From: Rebecca billardiae RCC1528
Lineage: Eukaryota > Protista > Haptophyta
Direction of reading: 5' to 3'
NCBI GenBank assembly: GCA_965240325.2
Contig: OZ251244.1
Coordinates: 1,351,379 to 1,415,378, forward strand
Length of the DNA stretch: 64,000 bases
Below, piece by piece: positions 1-19,142 of this stretch (within the stretch, counting starts at the first letter, position 1; each line of letters opens with the position of its first letter). A program made the translations under genes and the position numbers. The notes beneath the pieces were generated by a model that did no database searches, was not told where the DNA came from, and was given only the letters and a program-made list of their open reading frames with translations.

Positions 1-28
1 CACCCTCGCTCGCCCGCGCGCGGCGCAG

Positions 29-647
29 CTACGCTGAGCACGAGGGCGCGGACGAGGGCGCGCGCGCCGCGGTCGACGGCGTCCCAATCGACGGGCTGCC
101 CACGGCCATCGCGGTGCCCGTGGGCGCGGCCGGCGAGGCCGCGGCGTCCGACGCCGCCGGCGCGGAGCCCGCGGCGGAGGAGGACGCGCGCGCCCTCGTC
201 GAGCGGCGCAAGCTCGCCGCCGGCGTCGTGGGCGCCGCGGGCGGGCTGCTGCTGACGGGCAACATGCTGTGCTCCGCGCTCGCGGGCGGCGCGGCTGCGT
301 ACGCGACGACGATGGAGGGCGACGTGGGCGCGGCCGCGCGGCGCGTGGCGGACGGCGCGGCGGAGACGTACGACAAGGCGCGCGCCGCGATGCGCGAGCG
401 CGGCGTCGGCGGCGCCGCCCGCGTCGCCGCCGGCGCGGCGCGCTCGGCCGCTGTGGACGTGGACGACCGACTTGGGCTGAGCGCGCGCGCGGACGTGATC
501 AAGCGCGACGTGGCGCGGAAGGTGGACGGGCTGCGCGGCGCGCGCGACGCGTCGCTCGTGGCCGCGGACGCCGCCGAGTCCGGGGCGGCGCAGCCCGCTG
601 CGAGCGGCGCCGAGACGGCCGCTGGCAAGATGGCCGCCGCCGTATGA
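29..647 (+). CDS. 3' exon of a hypothetical protein (gene begins upstream of the window)
   Basis: Frame is open from the window start to TGA at 645-647. Probable CGCAG acceptor at ~24-28. Gly/Ala-rich hydrophobic segment GVVGAAGGLLLTGNMLCSALAGGAAAYATT followed by helical sequence. No family recognised. Confidence 0.55.
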
Positions 648-1494
648 GCCGCGGACTGGCTGGGGCAGCCACCAAGGGCAGTGGACCCGGCGCGGTCCTC
701 GGACTGGCAGTCCGGTGCTGCCGCCACGGGGCGAGTCACAGCGCCCCGGGGGCAGCCGGCACCGTGTCCGCCGTCGGCCGCCTGCGGGCGAGCGCCGGTC
801 CGCGGCCGCGCCGCAGTCAGTGCCACTATGAGACTCACCGAGGCCGCACTGCCCGGGCCCGGCGCCGGCGTGCCGCCGACCCTGCTGGCTGCTGCTCGAC
901 ACGGTCGTGGCCGTTACTGTCACACTGTGACTGGCCGTGGGTCCTGGACCTGAGGTCGCGGCATATCAGTCGTATACATGATGACGACGATATGATTAAC
1001 ATTATACGCCGCCGCCATATGCGGCCACCCGCGCCACTTAATTCGTCCTATCGCGCCGATCGCCTCATCAGCATCATATATATATATACTACATCTATCA
1101 GCACTGTCAGCAGACGCGCGCGGTAATAACGTAAACGGTTACGCCTACAGGCTACACGCCCACGGCTACACTCTACGACTACAGTCTGAGTGAGTACGAC
1201 AAACTGTAGCGCGCGCAGCAGCGCGGAATGGCAGTAGAGTCGACGGTACCGAGCTCAGTTCACTCTGCTATCTGCATGCATGACGGCCACGGACAAGCGT
1301 CATCATCGTCAGGCTCAGAGTGCAGCGCGCCAGTCTTGCAGACATCATATACGCATCACATAGAATGCGTCCGCGTCTTCCGTCTCCGACCAGGTCTAAG
1401 GCAGTGCGCCACCCGCAGCCCTGCCCCCCTACGGGAGCCGGGCCGGGATGGAGCACCGCCTCGGCCTGGGGCGTATAGCAGCACATGCGCCCCC

Positions 1495-2970
1495 TCACTG
1501 CGAGGGCGGCCGCAGTGCGGCGACGCGCGGGAGCCGCTCGATGCGCGTGGGCGTCCGCCAGGCGTCAGCCTCGCCGCCGTCGTGATTTGCTGCCATGCTC
1601 ACACCGTGGCCGAGCGCGGCTGAGCGCTGGCCGCACGAGTGCACGCTGCCATCAGCGGCGACGTAGAGCGCATGCCAGTCGCCGATTGAGCAGCTGACCA
1701 CGCGCACGTTCGCAAGGGAGTGCACGCGCGTCGGCAGCGTGATGCGGCCCTCGCCCTGGTGCCCCAGCTGGCAGTAGCGGTTGTCCCCGAACGTGTGCAC
1801 GCTGCCGTCCGCGCCCAGCACCGCGCTGATGTCGCAGCCAGCGCCCGCGCGCACGGCGCGCACGCCCGCAAGGGCCTCCACGCGCGCGGGCAGCGAGAGG
1901 CGCTCGTGGTCACCATGGCCAAGCTGACCTGCATACGCGGCCCCGAACGAGTGCACGCCGCCCGCTACGTCCACCACCAGGCTGTGGTTAGAGCCCGCGC
2001 TCACGTGCACGGTGCGCACGCCCGCGAGTGCCTCGATGCGCGTCGGCGTGCGCTGATCACGCTGGTCGCCGTGGCCGAGCTGGCCATACGCGCCCGAGCC
2101 GCACGAGTAGACGGCGCCATCCGCCGATAGGAACAGCGTGTGCTCACCGCCTGCACCCACGCCGCCCACGCGCACGCCGTCCAGCGCCTCGATGCGCGTC
2201 GGCTCCCGCCGCTTCTTCGTGTCGCCGTGGCCGAGCTGGCCAAATTCGTTGAAACCCCAGCTGTACGCGCGCCCCGTAGCGGTAATGGCGAGGCTGTGCG
2301 CTGACCACGCAGAGATCCCCACGATGAGTTCGCTCGCAAGCGCATCCACCTGCGTGAACGTGCCCCGCGCCGCCGCGTCCCCCAGCCCAAGCTGGCCGTC
2401 CCAGTTGTGGCCGCAGCTGTACACGGCGCCGGCGTCGCTCAGCGCGAGCACGTGCCCAAAGCCGGCCGCGACCGCGACCACGCGCACGCCGTTGAGGGAG
2501 GCCACGCGCGTCGGCACGCTTACGGGCTGCCAGCCCGCGTGGCCAATAGCCACGTGCGTACGGAACTCGCCTGTCGGCTGCCAGTTGACATCGTCGCACA
2601 CCGCCTCCTCGCCGCACGTGTGCAGCCCGCCCTCTGCGTGCACAAACGCGCTCAGGCGCGAGCGTATGAGGCCCATCCCACCAGCAGCCACGGGCAGCGC
2701 GTGTGCCTGCGCCAGCTTGAGCACGCCCTCAAGCGCGAACAGCTCCTCGGACCACGTGCGCACGCCCGCTGGCAGCGCGCTGGGCAGCGCGCGCTCGTGC
2801 CCACGCGCGCGAGCGCGCTCGCGCAGCGCGTGCTCGACCGGCGAGCGGCCACCGGGCGCGCCGCGGAAGAGGCGCGAGGCGGCGTTGGCGGCAGCGAGGT
2901 CTTGCGGACGATCGAGCGCGAGCAGGATGCGCTCGACGACCTCGGCAGGGAGCTCCGCAATCGTCGTCAT
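1495..2970 (-). CDS. F-box-like / RCC1-repeat protein (UVR8/HERC-type beta-propeller)
   Basis: N-terminal IAELPAEVVERILLAL...L...SRLFR is F-box-like. About 6 RCC1 repeats follow (VAAGFGHVLALSDAGAVYSCGHNWDGQLGLG; YSWGFNEFGQLGHGD; YSCGSGAYGQLGHGD; HTFGDNRYCQLGH). ATG at 2970, intronless. Confidence 0.9.
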   Translation of the reverse strand: MTTIAELPAEVVERILLALDRPQDLAAANAASRLFRGAPGGRSPVEHALRERARARGHERALPSALPAGVRTWSEELFALEGVLKLAQAHALPVAAGGMGLIRSRLSAFVHAEGGLHTCGEEAVCDDVNWQPTGEFRTHVAIGHAGWQPVSVPTRVASLNGVRVVAVAAGFGHVLALSDAGAVYSCGHNWDGQLGLGDAAARGTFTQVDALASELIVGISAWSAHSLAITATGRAYSWGFNEFGQLGHGDTKKRREPTRIEALDGVRVGGVGAGGEHTLFLSADGAVYSCGSGAYGQLGHGDQRDQRTPTRIEALAGVRTVHVSAGSNHSLVVDVAGGVHSFGAAYAGQLGHGDHERLSLPARVEALAGVRAVRAGAGCDISAVLGADGSVHTFGDNRYCQLGHQGEGRITLPTRVHSLANVRVVSCSIGDWHALYVAADGSVHSCGQRSAALGHGVSMAANHDGGEADAWRTPTRIERLPRVAALRPPSQ

Positions 2971-3326
2971 CCTCGACGCGCAGGCGCACACGGGGGAAGA
3001 GGACGACGGTTTGCCGGTCCTGAAGATCTTCCGACTTGTCACTTGCCGCCCTTGCATCGAGCTAGTCGTCGACTACCCGGACATTCCGATCGACATAAGT
3101 CCACGGGCGGCTTCGTAATGACGACGCTCGTCGACACGCATGGTCACGTGCGCAGCCACAAGCCAGTCATGAGACTACAGTCAGTCACCGTCGAGTAGGC
3201 CGCCAGTAACATCGTCACTCATCAGTATAGTGTCAGTTACGATATAAGGCGGATTCGTTCGCGGCGGGAACGACGTATGAGCATACACAGCACCGTCTGA
3301 GCAGACGACCGGCGCGCCCGTTACCG

Positions 3327-4028
3327 TCAGTGCGCCTTGGCCTTGCCGGGCTGCCAGGCCGCATGCTGCTGGGGCCACTGAGACGGCGTCGTCTGCGCAT
3401 ACGACCCGCTGCCGCCGCCTGCCGCCGTGCCGCCTGCTGCCGCAGGCGCCGAGCCGTCGGATCCGTCGGCGGCCGGCGCGCGCTCGAGCCAAATGGCGAG
3501 CGCGCCCGCGCCCGCGAGCGCGCCCCCCAGCGCCAGCCCGGCGCGCAGCCCCGCGCCGTCGAGGGCGAGGCCGGCGGCGAGCGGCGCGCACACGCGGCAC
3601 AGCGCGTGCGCCGAGTCGAGCGCGCCCAGCGCCTCCCCCTGCGCGCGCGCGGGCGCAGCGAGCGAGAGCCGCGCCGCCGGCGCGGAGCGGAGGACGGCGA
3701 CGGCGACGGAGAGTGGCGCGAGGCACGCCCACGCGACGGCCTCGGCGCGCGGCCACGCGCACAGCGCCAAGTGCGCCGCCGCGAGCGCGGCGTACCCCGC
3801 CAGCAGCTGCGCGCGCACGCTCAGCCGAGCCCACGGCAGCCCAACCGCCGCCGTGCCGAGCGCGGCCGCCCCCCACGCGGAGTTGTAAAGCCCCAGCCGC
3901 GAGCGGCTCCAGCCGTGCGCGCCGCCGAGAGCGGGGAGGACGGTCGAGGTGAAGGCGACGAAGGCGCACTCGGGGCCGCACGTCGCGAGGATCAGCGCAC
4001 GCAGCCGCGGGTGCGCGCGCAGCACGCT

Positions 4029-4067
<39 letters not shown>

Positions 4068-4847
4068 CTCGTCGCCGCCGCCGCCGCCGCCAGCTCCGCC
4101 GTCGGCGCCAGCGGGCGCGGGGGCGCCGGCGTGTCGCGCGGCCCTCGAGCCCGGCGGGCGCGTCTCGGGCAGTCCGAGCCACACCGTCGGCCCGAGCACC
4201 AGCGCGAACACGCCCGCTGCCAGCAGCGCGGGCAGCGCCGGCCAGCCCGCCGCCCAGCGCGAGTCTGCGAGCGCGCCGCCCAGCCCTGGCCCGACAATGT
4301 AACCGACAGCCATGGCGGCATAGAGGCGCAGCATGGCCGCCGCGCGCTCGGAGGCGGCGGCGTCGAGGCCCGCGGGGCGCGACCGCCCGTCCCGCCCCGC
4401 TCGGCCCGCCGCCCCGCCCGCGCCGCCGGCCGCCGCCGCCGCCGCCGGCGTCGTGTCGGCGAGCACGGCGCGACCGATGGTCGTCGTCTGCTTGGCGAGG
4501 CCGACGGGCAGGCGCGAGAGGAGGAGGAGGAGGAGCGAGCCGCCGCCGAGGGTGGAGAGTCCCGCGCACGCGTACCCCACCGCCGAGCCCGCGCACGACG
4601 CGAGCAGCGCGCCGCGCCGCCCGTGCTCGTCGCTCCAGCGGCCGAGCACCCAGCCGCCGCCGATCTGCCCCGCGCCGTACAGCGCCTCGAGGGCGCCAAC
4701 GGTCGTGCCGCTGCCGCCGAGGGCGCGCGCGTAGGACGGGAGGAGCGTGCGCATCATGCCCACCGCGAGGTAGTCCAGCGCCGTCGTCGCGTACACCACG
4801 CGCTGCGCGCGCGCCGCCTCCGCGCCGCGCGCGTGCGGAGACGCCAT
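3327..4847 (-). CDS. MFS transporter (TetA/DHA1-like)
   Basis: MFS motif A (GRWSDEHGRRGALL), multiple hydrophobic helices, GYIVGPGLGG motif-C-like segment. Start 4847 or 4877. Confidence 0.85.
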
Positions 4848-5203
4848 GCTGGTGACAACCTGCGTACAATCACTCAATCAGTTTAGTACGACTCCGGACT
4901 CCTCGGCTGGAACCGGACCGATCCGGCCGGGTGCATGCACGTGGAGCCACTCTCAACTCTGACTAGTCCCCGCTGAAGATGAGCAGCCGCAGCGCGGCGC
5001 TGTGAAGGGGCTGGGGTCGGTTTGAGCTCAGGCGTGGCGGGCGCCAGTGCTGGTCAGCACCTGTGAGCGCCATCGCGAGCAGCAGAAGGCGAAGCTGGCT
5101 GGCCAATTGTTACGTTACTGACTGAATCACTGATTTAACAGTACGACTTACACGCCTGCGGCCCACTTCCCTGTTCCTGAGTGACCCCGCGCGCCGCCCG
5201 CCA

Positions 5204-6700
5204 TCAGGCAGGCCTGCCCTGCCTCTGCGGCCCGGGCTCGGCGTCGGGCGGGCAGAAGTCGAACTCCTCCACCACGCCGCCCTCGTACCCGGCGCGCCAC
5301 ATGCGCGCGCCGTGGTCGAAGTCGAGCATGGACGTGGGCAGCCCCTGAGGCGCGCGGCGGGCGCACGGCGCGGCCGCGAGCATTATATTGCAATCATTCG
5401 CGTCGATCACAAATAAATATTGGCACACGCATCCTCAGGCGCAGACGGGCGAAGGGGGCGCGCACGCGGAGTGGCCGCCGTGGCGGCGGCAGCCTGCCCC
5501 GCGCCCTGCGCGCGCGCGCGCGCGCACCAGCGCCGCCGACGGCGAGTGCACGCGCGCTCGGACGGCGGAGGCGACGCCGGGCGCGCAGCGCGCGCTCAGC
5601 TGGTGGTCTGCGGCCGTGGCCAGCAGGAGCTGCGCGGTGCGCACAGCGATCTCGAGCACGCCGAGGCGCTGCGACTGCTCCGGCGTGAGCGCGCGCGCGC
5701 GCGGCATCGCGTCGATGATCTCCAGCTCGACCGGCGCCAAGCGGTCCGGGCAGTAGCTGCGCAGCGCGCGCCGCGGTCAGCGCTCTTATTGATTGCATGC
5801 GCATACAGTAGTCTGACGGGGGCGTGCGCGCGCGCGCGCCGCGGCGCGGCGGCGCGCCCCGGGGCACGGGCGGGTGCGTGGCGTCGGCGCGCACGCCCCG
5901 CACCGCTGCAGCCCGTGGTAGGTGAGCACGTTGTGCGAGACGCCGCCGTCGATGTGTAACGACTTATTGACGGTTACGGGCGGGAATAGGAACGGGATGG
6001 CGCACGAGGCCATCAGGTGCGTGTGCAGCGCGGCGGCGCGTGAGGCGGCGGCGTCGGCGGCGGCGTGGTGCGCGCCGGCCGCGCCGCCGAGCACGCGCTC
6101 GTCCGCCACCACCGGCTGCCCCGACGCCAGGTTCGTCAGCCCGATCGAAAGGTTCCGCGAAAGCTCTCGGCCGGCCAGCGCTCGGCTGAGCAGCTCGCCC
6201 AGGGGGCGCGTGGAGAGGAGGGCGCGGGGGAGGGCGACGGGCTGGGAGGCGGGGCGGGGCTCGGCCGCGTCGATCGGCCCGCCGAGCGTCCACACGTCGC
6301 GCGTCCGCGTCTCGGACCACAGCGCCTTCAGCCGGTCCGCACCCGCGCGCAGCCCGGCCGCGCCGCGCGCGTGCGTCGCGAGCAGCCCGGCGTTGAGCGC
6401 GCCGGCGGAGACGCCGAGGAGGCCGTCGACGTCCCAGCCTGGCGTGTGCGCTGTGCGCTCCTCGACCAGCCGCGAGAGCACGCCCGCCTCGAACGCGCCC
6501 CAGCTCCCGCCGCCGGAGAAGGAGAGGAGGCGGCACGGCCGCTGCGGCACCACCGGAGCGGCGGCGGCGCCGCCGGCTGCGGCGGCGGCGGAGGCGATCG
6601 CGGGGCTGGCGGCGTGGCGAGGAGTCTGGGCGAGGGGTGCAATCGGCGTGGGTGGGCCGAGTGGCGCGAGGGTCGCGACGAGTGCGAGCAGCGGAGCCAT
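5204..6700 (-). CDS. Patatin-like phospholipase, likely secreted, 3 exons (6700-5904, 5756-5528, 5344-5204)
   Basis: Signal peptide MAPLLALVATLA; patatin motifs SGGGSWGAFEAGV, GVSAG and DGG. Two GT-AG introns join in frame (LQR|YCPDRLAPVELEII...; AAL|GLPTSMLDFDHGARMWRAGY). Confidence 0.85.
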
Positions 6701-7497
6701 TTGCGCCGCCACGCCGGGCCGGGCGGGGTCGCTTCGGCCGGCCGTGAGGCGCGACGGCTGCTGCCGGTTCCGTTGGTCGCAGCCAGACGAAGCAGTTCTC
6801 AACGCGCAGCCGTCCGCATGTGTGTGTCGTCGTCACCGGCGGTCACTGATCGTCACTGCTGATCCCTCGTCGGTGCTGCAAATAGGGTAGAGGAGTCGGG
6901 GGGGGAGCATCAGGTAAAATTGTGTTGTGCGTCAGCTTTATTCAGGCCGACAGCCGCAGGCACTCGTCGGCGAGTACGCGCGACTGGCCCTCTCTGACGA
7001 CGGAGCACCCGTCCGGTCTGCGATGCTGCTTCACATAACCATGCGCCTAACTCCATCTGTCGCCAGGCGGCGGGGCGGTGCTCACGACTGCGCGTTGGTG
7101 TCGGTTGGCGAATGGCGGAGCGCAGGGCAGTAGTATATATAGAATTAGATAGCTATAATAGATACGTACGGCGAGTGCACCCCATACTGACGATACACTA
7201 TACAGCGCGTACGTGCGGCGTCCTGCAGTGCAGTCGTCCGCCTGGATCGACCCCGCGCCGACAGCGAGATCGGACGCGGCGACGCAGCACTCCGCACAGT
7301 TCCTTGGCCCCGTTCTGCAGCGCCCGACCGGTCAGATATGGCTGCCGTCGAAACTTGTTACTGACCGTGCGCGGGTAGATGAGCGTGCAGCAGTAGCTAC
7401 AATCAGCTCGTAGTAGTAGTGACGATGATGATGCACGCATCAGTGCCGCCAGCGCATACGCTGACACGCACCACCACGCGCCGCGCGCCCGCGCGCG

Positions 7498-9051
7498 TCA
7501 CTCCCGCCGGCGCGAACGCCGTCGCCGCGACCGGTGGTGCCGCGGCTCGCGCCGGGCCAAGATCGCCGCGACGGCCGCGAGCGCGTGGCCGCGGAGCGGC
7601 TCGCACGTGCGCGGCGGCCAGGAGACGTGCGCCTTGGCGCGCGCGCTCGCGCCGCCAAAGCACGTGTCCGCGAGCGCGCGTTCGCGCGCGCGCGCGCGAT
7701 GCGCGCCCGGGTCGGGCATGGCGGCCAGGAGCATCGCGCGCACGGCGGGCACCAGCATCGACAGCACCGTCGCCAGGGCGATGGTGGCGGCGTGCGCCGC
7801 GCGGCCCGCGGCGCTCCGCGGCCGCGTCGCGCCGCGGCCCGTCGCCGTCCCGTTCGCGTCGCCGTCGGCGTCGTACTCGTCGAAGAGCACGAGCGGCGAG
7901 ACGCGCGTCGCGTGCGGCGGCGCGACAGTCACCACGCGATGCGCCCCGCCCGCGCCGACCACGCCGACGCGCTCCGGCGGGCGGTGGCGCAGCCGCGCGA
8001 GCGCGCGCGCGTTGTCGTCGGCGAGCGCGGCGAGGCGCGCGCGGTCGCGCGCCGCGCGCTTTGCGTGCTGCGTGACGGTGGAGAAGGCGACGCGCGCGGA
8101 GGGGGCGACCTGCACGTACTGCGGCCAGACGACGTACGCGTCGTGGCCGGCCATCTGGTACAGCAGGTGGTCCGACCCCGTCTTGTTCGTCTCGAGCGGG
8201 ATGGCGTCGCGCCGCAGCGCGGTGCAGCCGTCCGTCGCCGCGCACAGCGCGCGCGCCCAGCGGCGCGAGATGATGTACGCGGTCGTGCCCCAGAGCTCCT
8301 GCTTCGTGTGCGATGTGGAGAGCACGAAGACGGAGGTGTTGGCCACGCGCTCGCCCCAGTGCGTCAGCGGCCCGCCGCCCTCGCCCTCGCGCTCGATGGC
8401 GCCCACCGACGCCTCGTCGAAGTCGCGCTTCAGGATGCGCTTCACCGAGCACCGGCCGGAGAGCGTCTGCGCCGCGTGCTTGAGCTGGCCGGACCGGTCC
8501 CAGTGGTGCAGCGAGAGGGTGGTCCAGCGCGGCGGGAGCGCGGCGACGAGCTCGGCGAGGGAGTGGGGCCAGAGCGGCCAGAACGACAGGTCCGCGTCGT
8601 CCTCCAGCACCAGCGCCGCCTCGTGCCCGTCCTCGAGCAGCGCGCGCGCGGCGCGCATGTGCGAGAGCGCGCAGCCGAGCTCGCCCTTCGAGCGCCACGC
8701 AAAGCCCGAGTGCACGGCGGCGTCGTGCCAGAAGTCGTCGCCGCGCGCGGCGGGGACGCGCGTCATGGCGGCCGGATCGAGCCCCGCCCGCCGCGCGCCC
8801 TTGACGAAGCGCGCGCGCCGCGCCGTCGACTCGTCGAGGTTGATCCAGTACGCGGGCAGGTCGATGCCCGCCGAGCATGCGGGCGTGTGCGCGAGCGCGT
8901 GCGCGAGGTCGCGCGTGGCGGCGAAGGCCTCGTCGGCGTAGGCGTGCTGCCGCTCCATCTTCGCATGCATCGCCTCGCGCAGCAGCGCGGCGCGCCGCTC
9001 GCTGACGGCCGCCGCCGCGAGCACCGCCGCCATCATCGCGCCGCACGCCAT
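7498..9051 (-). CDS. Glycosyltransferase family 25 protein
   Basis: GT25 motifs AYWINLDESTARR, RVPAARG, SKGELGCALSHMRA, ALVLEDDA, WGTTAYIISR. Start could also be 9165. Confidence 0.85.
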   Translation of the reverse strand: MACGAMMAAVLAAAAVSERRAALLREAMHAKMERQHAYADEAFAATRDLAHALAHTPACSAGIDLPAYWINLDESTARRARFVKGARRAGLDPAAMTRVPAARGDDFWHDAAVHSGFAWRSKGELGCALSHMRAARALLEDGHEAALVLEDDADLSFWPLWPHSLAELVAALPPRWTTLSLHHWDRSGQLKHAAQTLSGRCSVKRILKRDFDEASVGAIEREGEGGGPLTHWGERVANTSVFVLSTSHTKQELWGTTAYIISRRWARALCAATDGCTALRRDAIPLETNKTGSDHLLYQMAGHDAYVVWPQYVQVAPSARVAFSTVTQHAKRAARDRARLAALADDNARALARLRHRPPERVGVVGAGGAHRVVTVAPPHATRVSPLVLFDEYDADGDANGTATGRGATRPRSAAGRAAHAATIALATVLSMLVPAVRAMLLAAMPDPGAHRARARERALADTCFGGASARAKAHVSWPPRTCEPLRGHALAAVAAILARREPRHHRSRRRRSRRRE

Positions 9052-10246
9052 CGTGCCGTGCCCTTGCTGAGGAGTCCCGCGCCCAAACACCGGCGGCGCG
9101 AGCCCGCCCGCAGACTCGTCGCGGCCGGCCCTACAATATACAAAACCGGTACCCCCGCCCATCATAATAAGCGCTAGTTATTGGCCACGCCGAAGATTCC
9201 GCGCGCGAGTCCAGGCTGGACGAGCGTATGGTCCCCGAGCGCAGCCATCGTCACTGCTGACGATAGATCGGCCTGTTTTATTTCTACCAGATTCCATTTA
9301 CTATGTCACGGCGACAAACCCGTGCCCGCCAGTGGGAATCGGTGTCACGCCCCGTTCAGTGTACCTCTCACGGCCGATGGCGGCCCCGGCGTGCGCGAGG
9401 AATGCGATTCCTGCACTCCTCGGTGACCGGTGAGTGCAGGAATCCAGTTGCGGCGCTCGTCCGCCTCGTCGTCGTCGCACACGAGGTACACTGAAGAGCA
9501 CGGGTCAGAAGCCAGATCTCTCTGCGCGCTCGCGCCCGCGCGGCGAGGCACTGGCAGGCTTGTTCTGGCATCATCTTGGCCAAGACTGCAGCCTGCCAGA
9601 TGCGCGAGGACGCGTGTGCACGCCTTTCCCGCGTCATGGGTGCGCGTGGCACGCACCCTGTCGTCATCTACGCCGAGGAGGCCTGAGCAACCAGCCCACC
9701 AACCTGCCGTGACCACGTTCAAATGCAGGCGGCAAGCTGCATGCGAGCGCACGCAACGGAAGCATCTCACGCTCGACAAGGAAGTGGCGGCGGAGCGAGT
9801 GTAGCTGGTATCGTTTGCAGCCCATCGGTTGTTCAACAATCCTGGTTCAACAACTGACACGGGCGCGACGCAGCCAAGGCAGAGTGCTTGCAGCTCGCAG
9901 CGCGCCCGCAACTGCGGTTTGCCGCCGCGGCGCGGCGATCGTCACACCGCCGTGCGCTGCGAGTGACCTCTGTGTCATGGCGAAGCACCATGGCAAGGCT
10001 AAGCAGCATGCCTTGGCAACACCTTTCGCTACAGCTCAGCGCCCTAGAATACGAACATGCGCCAACGACGTGCCATCCCTACTCCGCAATCGCGCCGGCA
10101 CCCACCACCAGCGGGCAAGCCGCGCCGCCATTTTACCCGGTTTTGGCGACGAATGTCGCCGTTGGGCTCTCGTAGAAATAAAACAGGCCTATCATATCGG
10201 ACGACGACCGGACGAATCGACGATGCGTCGGCCGCGGACAAAGTTA

Positions 10247-10250
<4 letters not shown>

Positions 10251-10331
<81 letters not shown>
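10251..10331. repeat. (TA)n microsatellite
   Basis: About 40 TA units, directly visible. Confidence 0.97.
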
Positions 10332-10334
<3 letters not shown>

Positions 10335-10427
10335 GCCGGCCGTAGTCCGCCTGCATTATACGGACGATGACGTGTACGTCGTACTACAGTAGCTAGTCGT
10401 GACTGACGCGCCGCGGCTCCGGCCACG

Positions 10428-17502
<7,075 letters not shown>

Positions 17503-17910
17503 CCCGCTGTCAGCCCCGCTGTGCCGGGGGCCCCACGCACGCCGCTGCGCGCGATGCACGCAGGCCGCGCAGCCAATCACGGGCGGCTGCCTGCTTGCGC
17601 GAGGGCGGTGCGGCAAGGCTGCGCGCGCCCCCGGAATGACGCCGCCGCGGCCGTCTCAGTGTGCCTCGGCAGGGCTGCGCCGGAGGGGAGGGGCGCTTCG
17701 GGCGAGAGGCGTTCAAGTCCGGCCACGGGCCGAGCGCCGCGTGATTACGCGCCGCGGGTAATCGCTACCCGCGCGCTATTATTCTCGCGACAGCAGGCGA
17801 GACCGAATACTCGCCGGTAATCGACCACCTCCGCCGGGCGCCCACCGGACTGCCGCGGAGCGCGCCGCGCTCGCATCAGGGGCACGCCTGCGCCGGGCCG
17901 CGCCGGCAGG

Positions 17911-18638
17911 ATGGCGGCGAACGCCGCGCACGCGCTGCTCAGCAGCCAGCTGCAGCGGCACACGGCCGCGCCGTACGCCGCGCACGGCGCCGAGCGCTCC
18001 GCGCCCACCACCCCCACCGCCGCCAGGCCCACCGCCCCCAAGCCCGAGCGCTCGTCCCTCGCCGGCTGCCTGCCGATCGCGGACGGCGGCGCTGCGCTCG
18101 TGGGCCGCGTGTGCCTGCTGCGCGCGCGCGCGGAGGGCGGCGGCGGCGGCGGCGGCGAGCGCGGGCGCGGGGGCGGCGCGGCAGCGGGCGAGCAGCACAC
18201 GCCGCCCGAGTTCGCCACGGGCACCGTCATCGACGTCGTCCTCGACACCGAAGGCGGCGGCGGCGGCGGCGGCGGCGGCGCGTCGGCTGCCGCGTCGCCG
18301 CGCGCGGGCGGCGGCGCGTCGGAGGCGCCGACGTCGGGCGCGGGCCGCGGCGCGGGCCCGCGCGTGCGCGTGCTCGTCCGCCTCGACGCGTCCAACGCCC
18401 ACGACACGCTCTGGCTCGACCCGCACGGCGGCGCGTGGGAGCTACTGGTTGGCGGTGCGGTGGCGTTGGCGCGCGTGCAGCCGTGGCCGCCGTGGCCCGC
18501 GCGAATCTTCCGGAAGTTTCCGCCGGTGGCGGCGCTGGGCGGCGCGGGCGGGCGGGGCGGGGCCCCGCGCACGCTCGCCGTGCCGCCCAAGCCCACCGTC
18601 TACTTCTTCGGCTGGCCCGACGCGGACGCCGACGCCGA

Positions 18639-18686
<48 letters not shown>

Positions 18687-19103
18687 TCGCGGCGCGGGCG
18701 GCGCGGCGGGCAGCGGCGACGGGCCCAACTGCCTCGGCGTGGTGGGCGCGGAGGACGTGTACCCGCTGTGCTACTGGGGCAGCGCCGCGCTCGGCGCGGA
18801 CGCCGCGCCGCCGCCGCACCGCGCCGCGGGCGAGGCGGCGGGCGCGCGCGCGTGGGCGGGCGCGCGCGCGTCCGCGCCGCTGCCGGCGGTGCCGCGCGGC
18901 GCGAGCGGCGCGGAGCTCGCCGGCGCGATCGCCGCGGCGGCGCTCGCGCGCGTGGGCACGCGGATCGAGCCGGCGCACGTGCTCGCGCCCGGCGCGGAGC
19001 CCGACGCGCCGGCCGACGCGCCGGCCGACGGCGCCGGCGGCGGGCGGCGCGCGCGCGGCGGCGCGGCGCCGGGCGCGGCCGCGGGCGCGGGCGCGCGCGG
19101 CGG

Positions 19104-19142
<39 letters not shown>

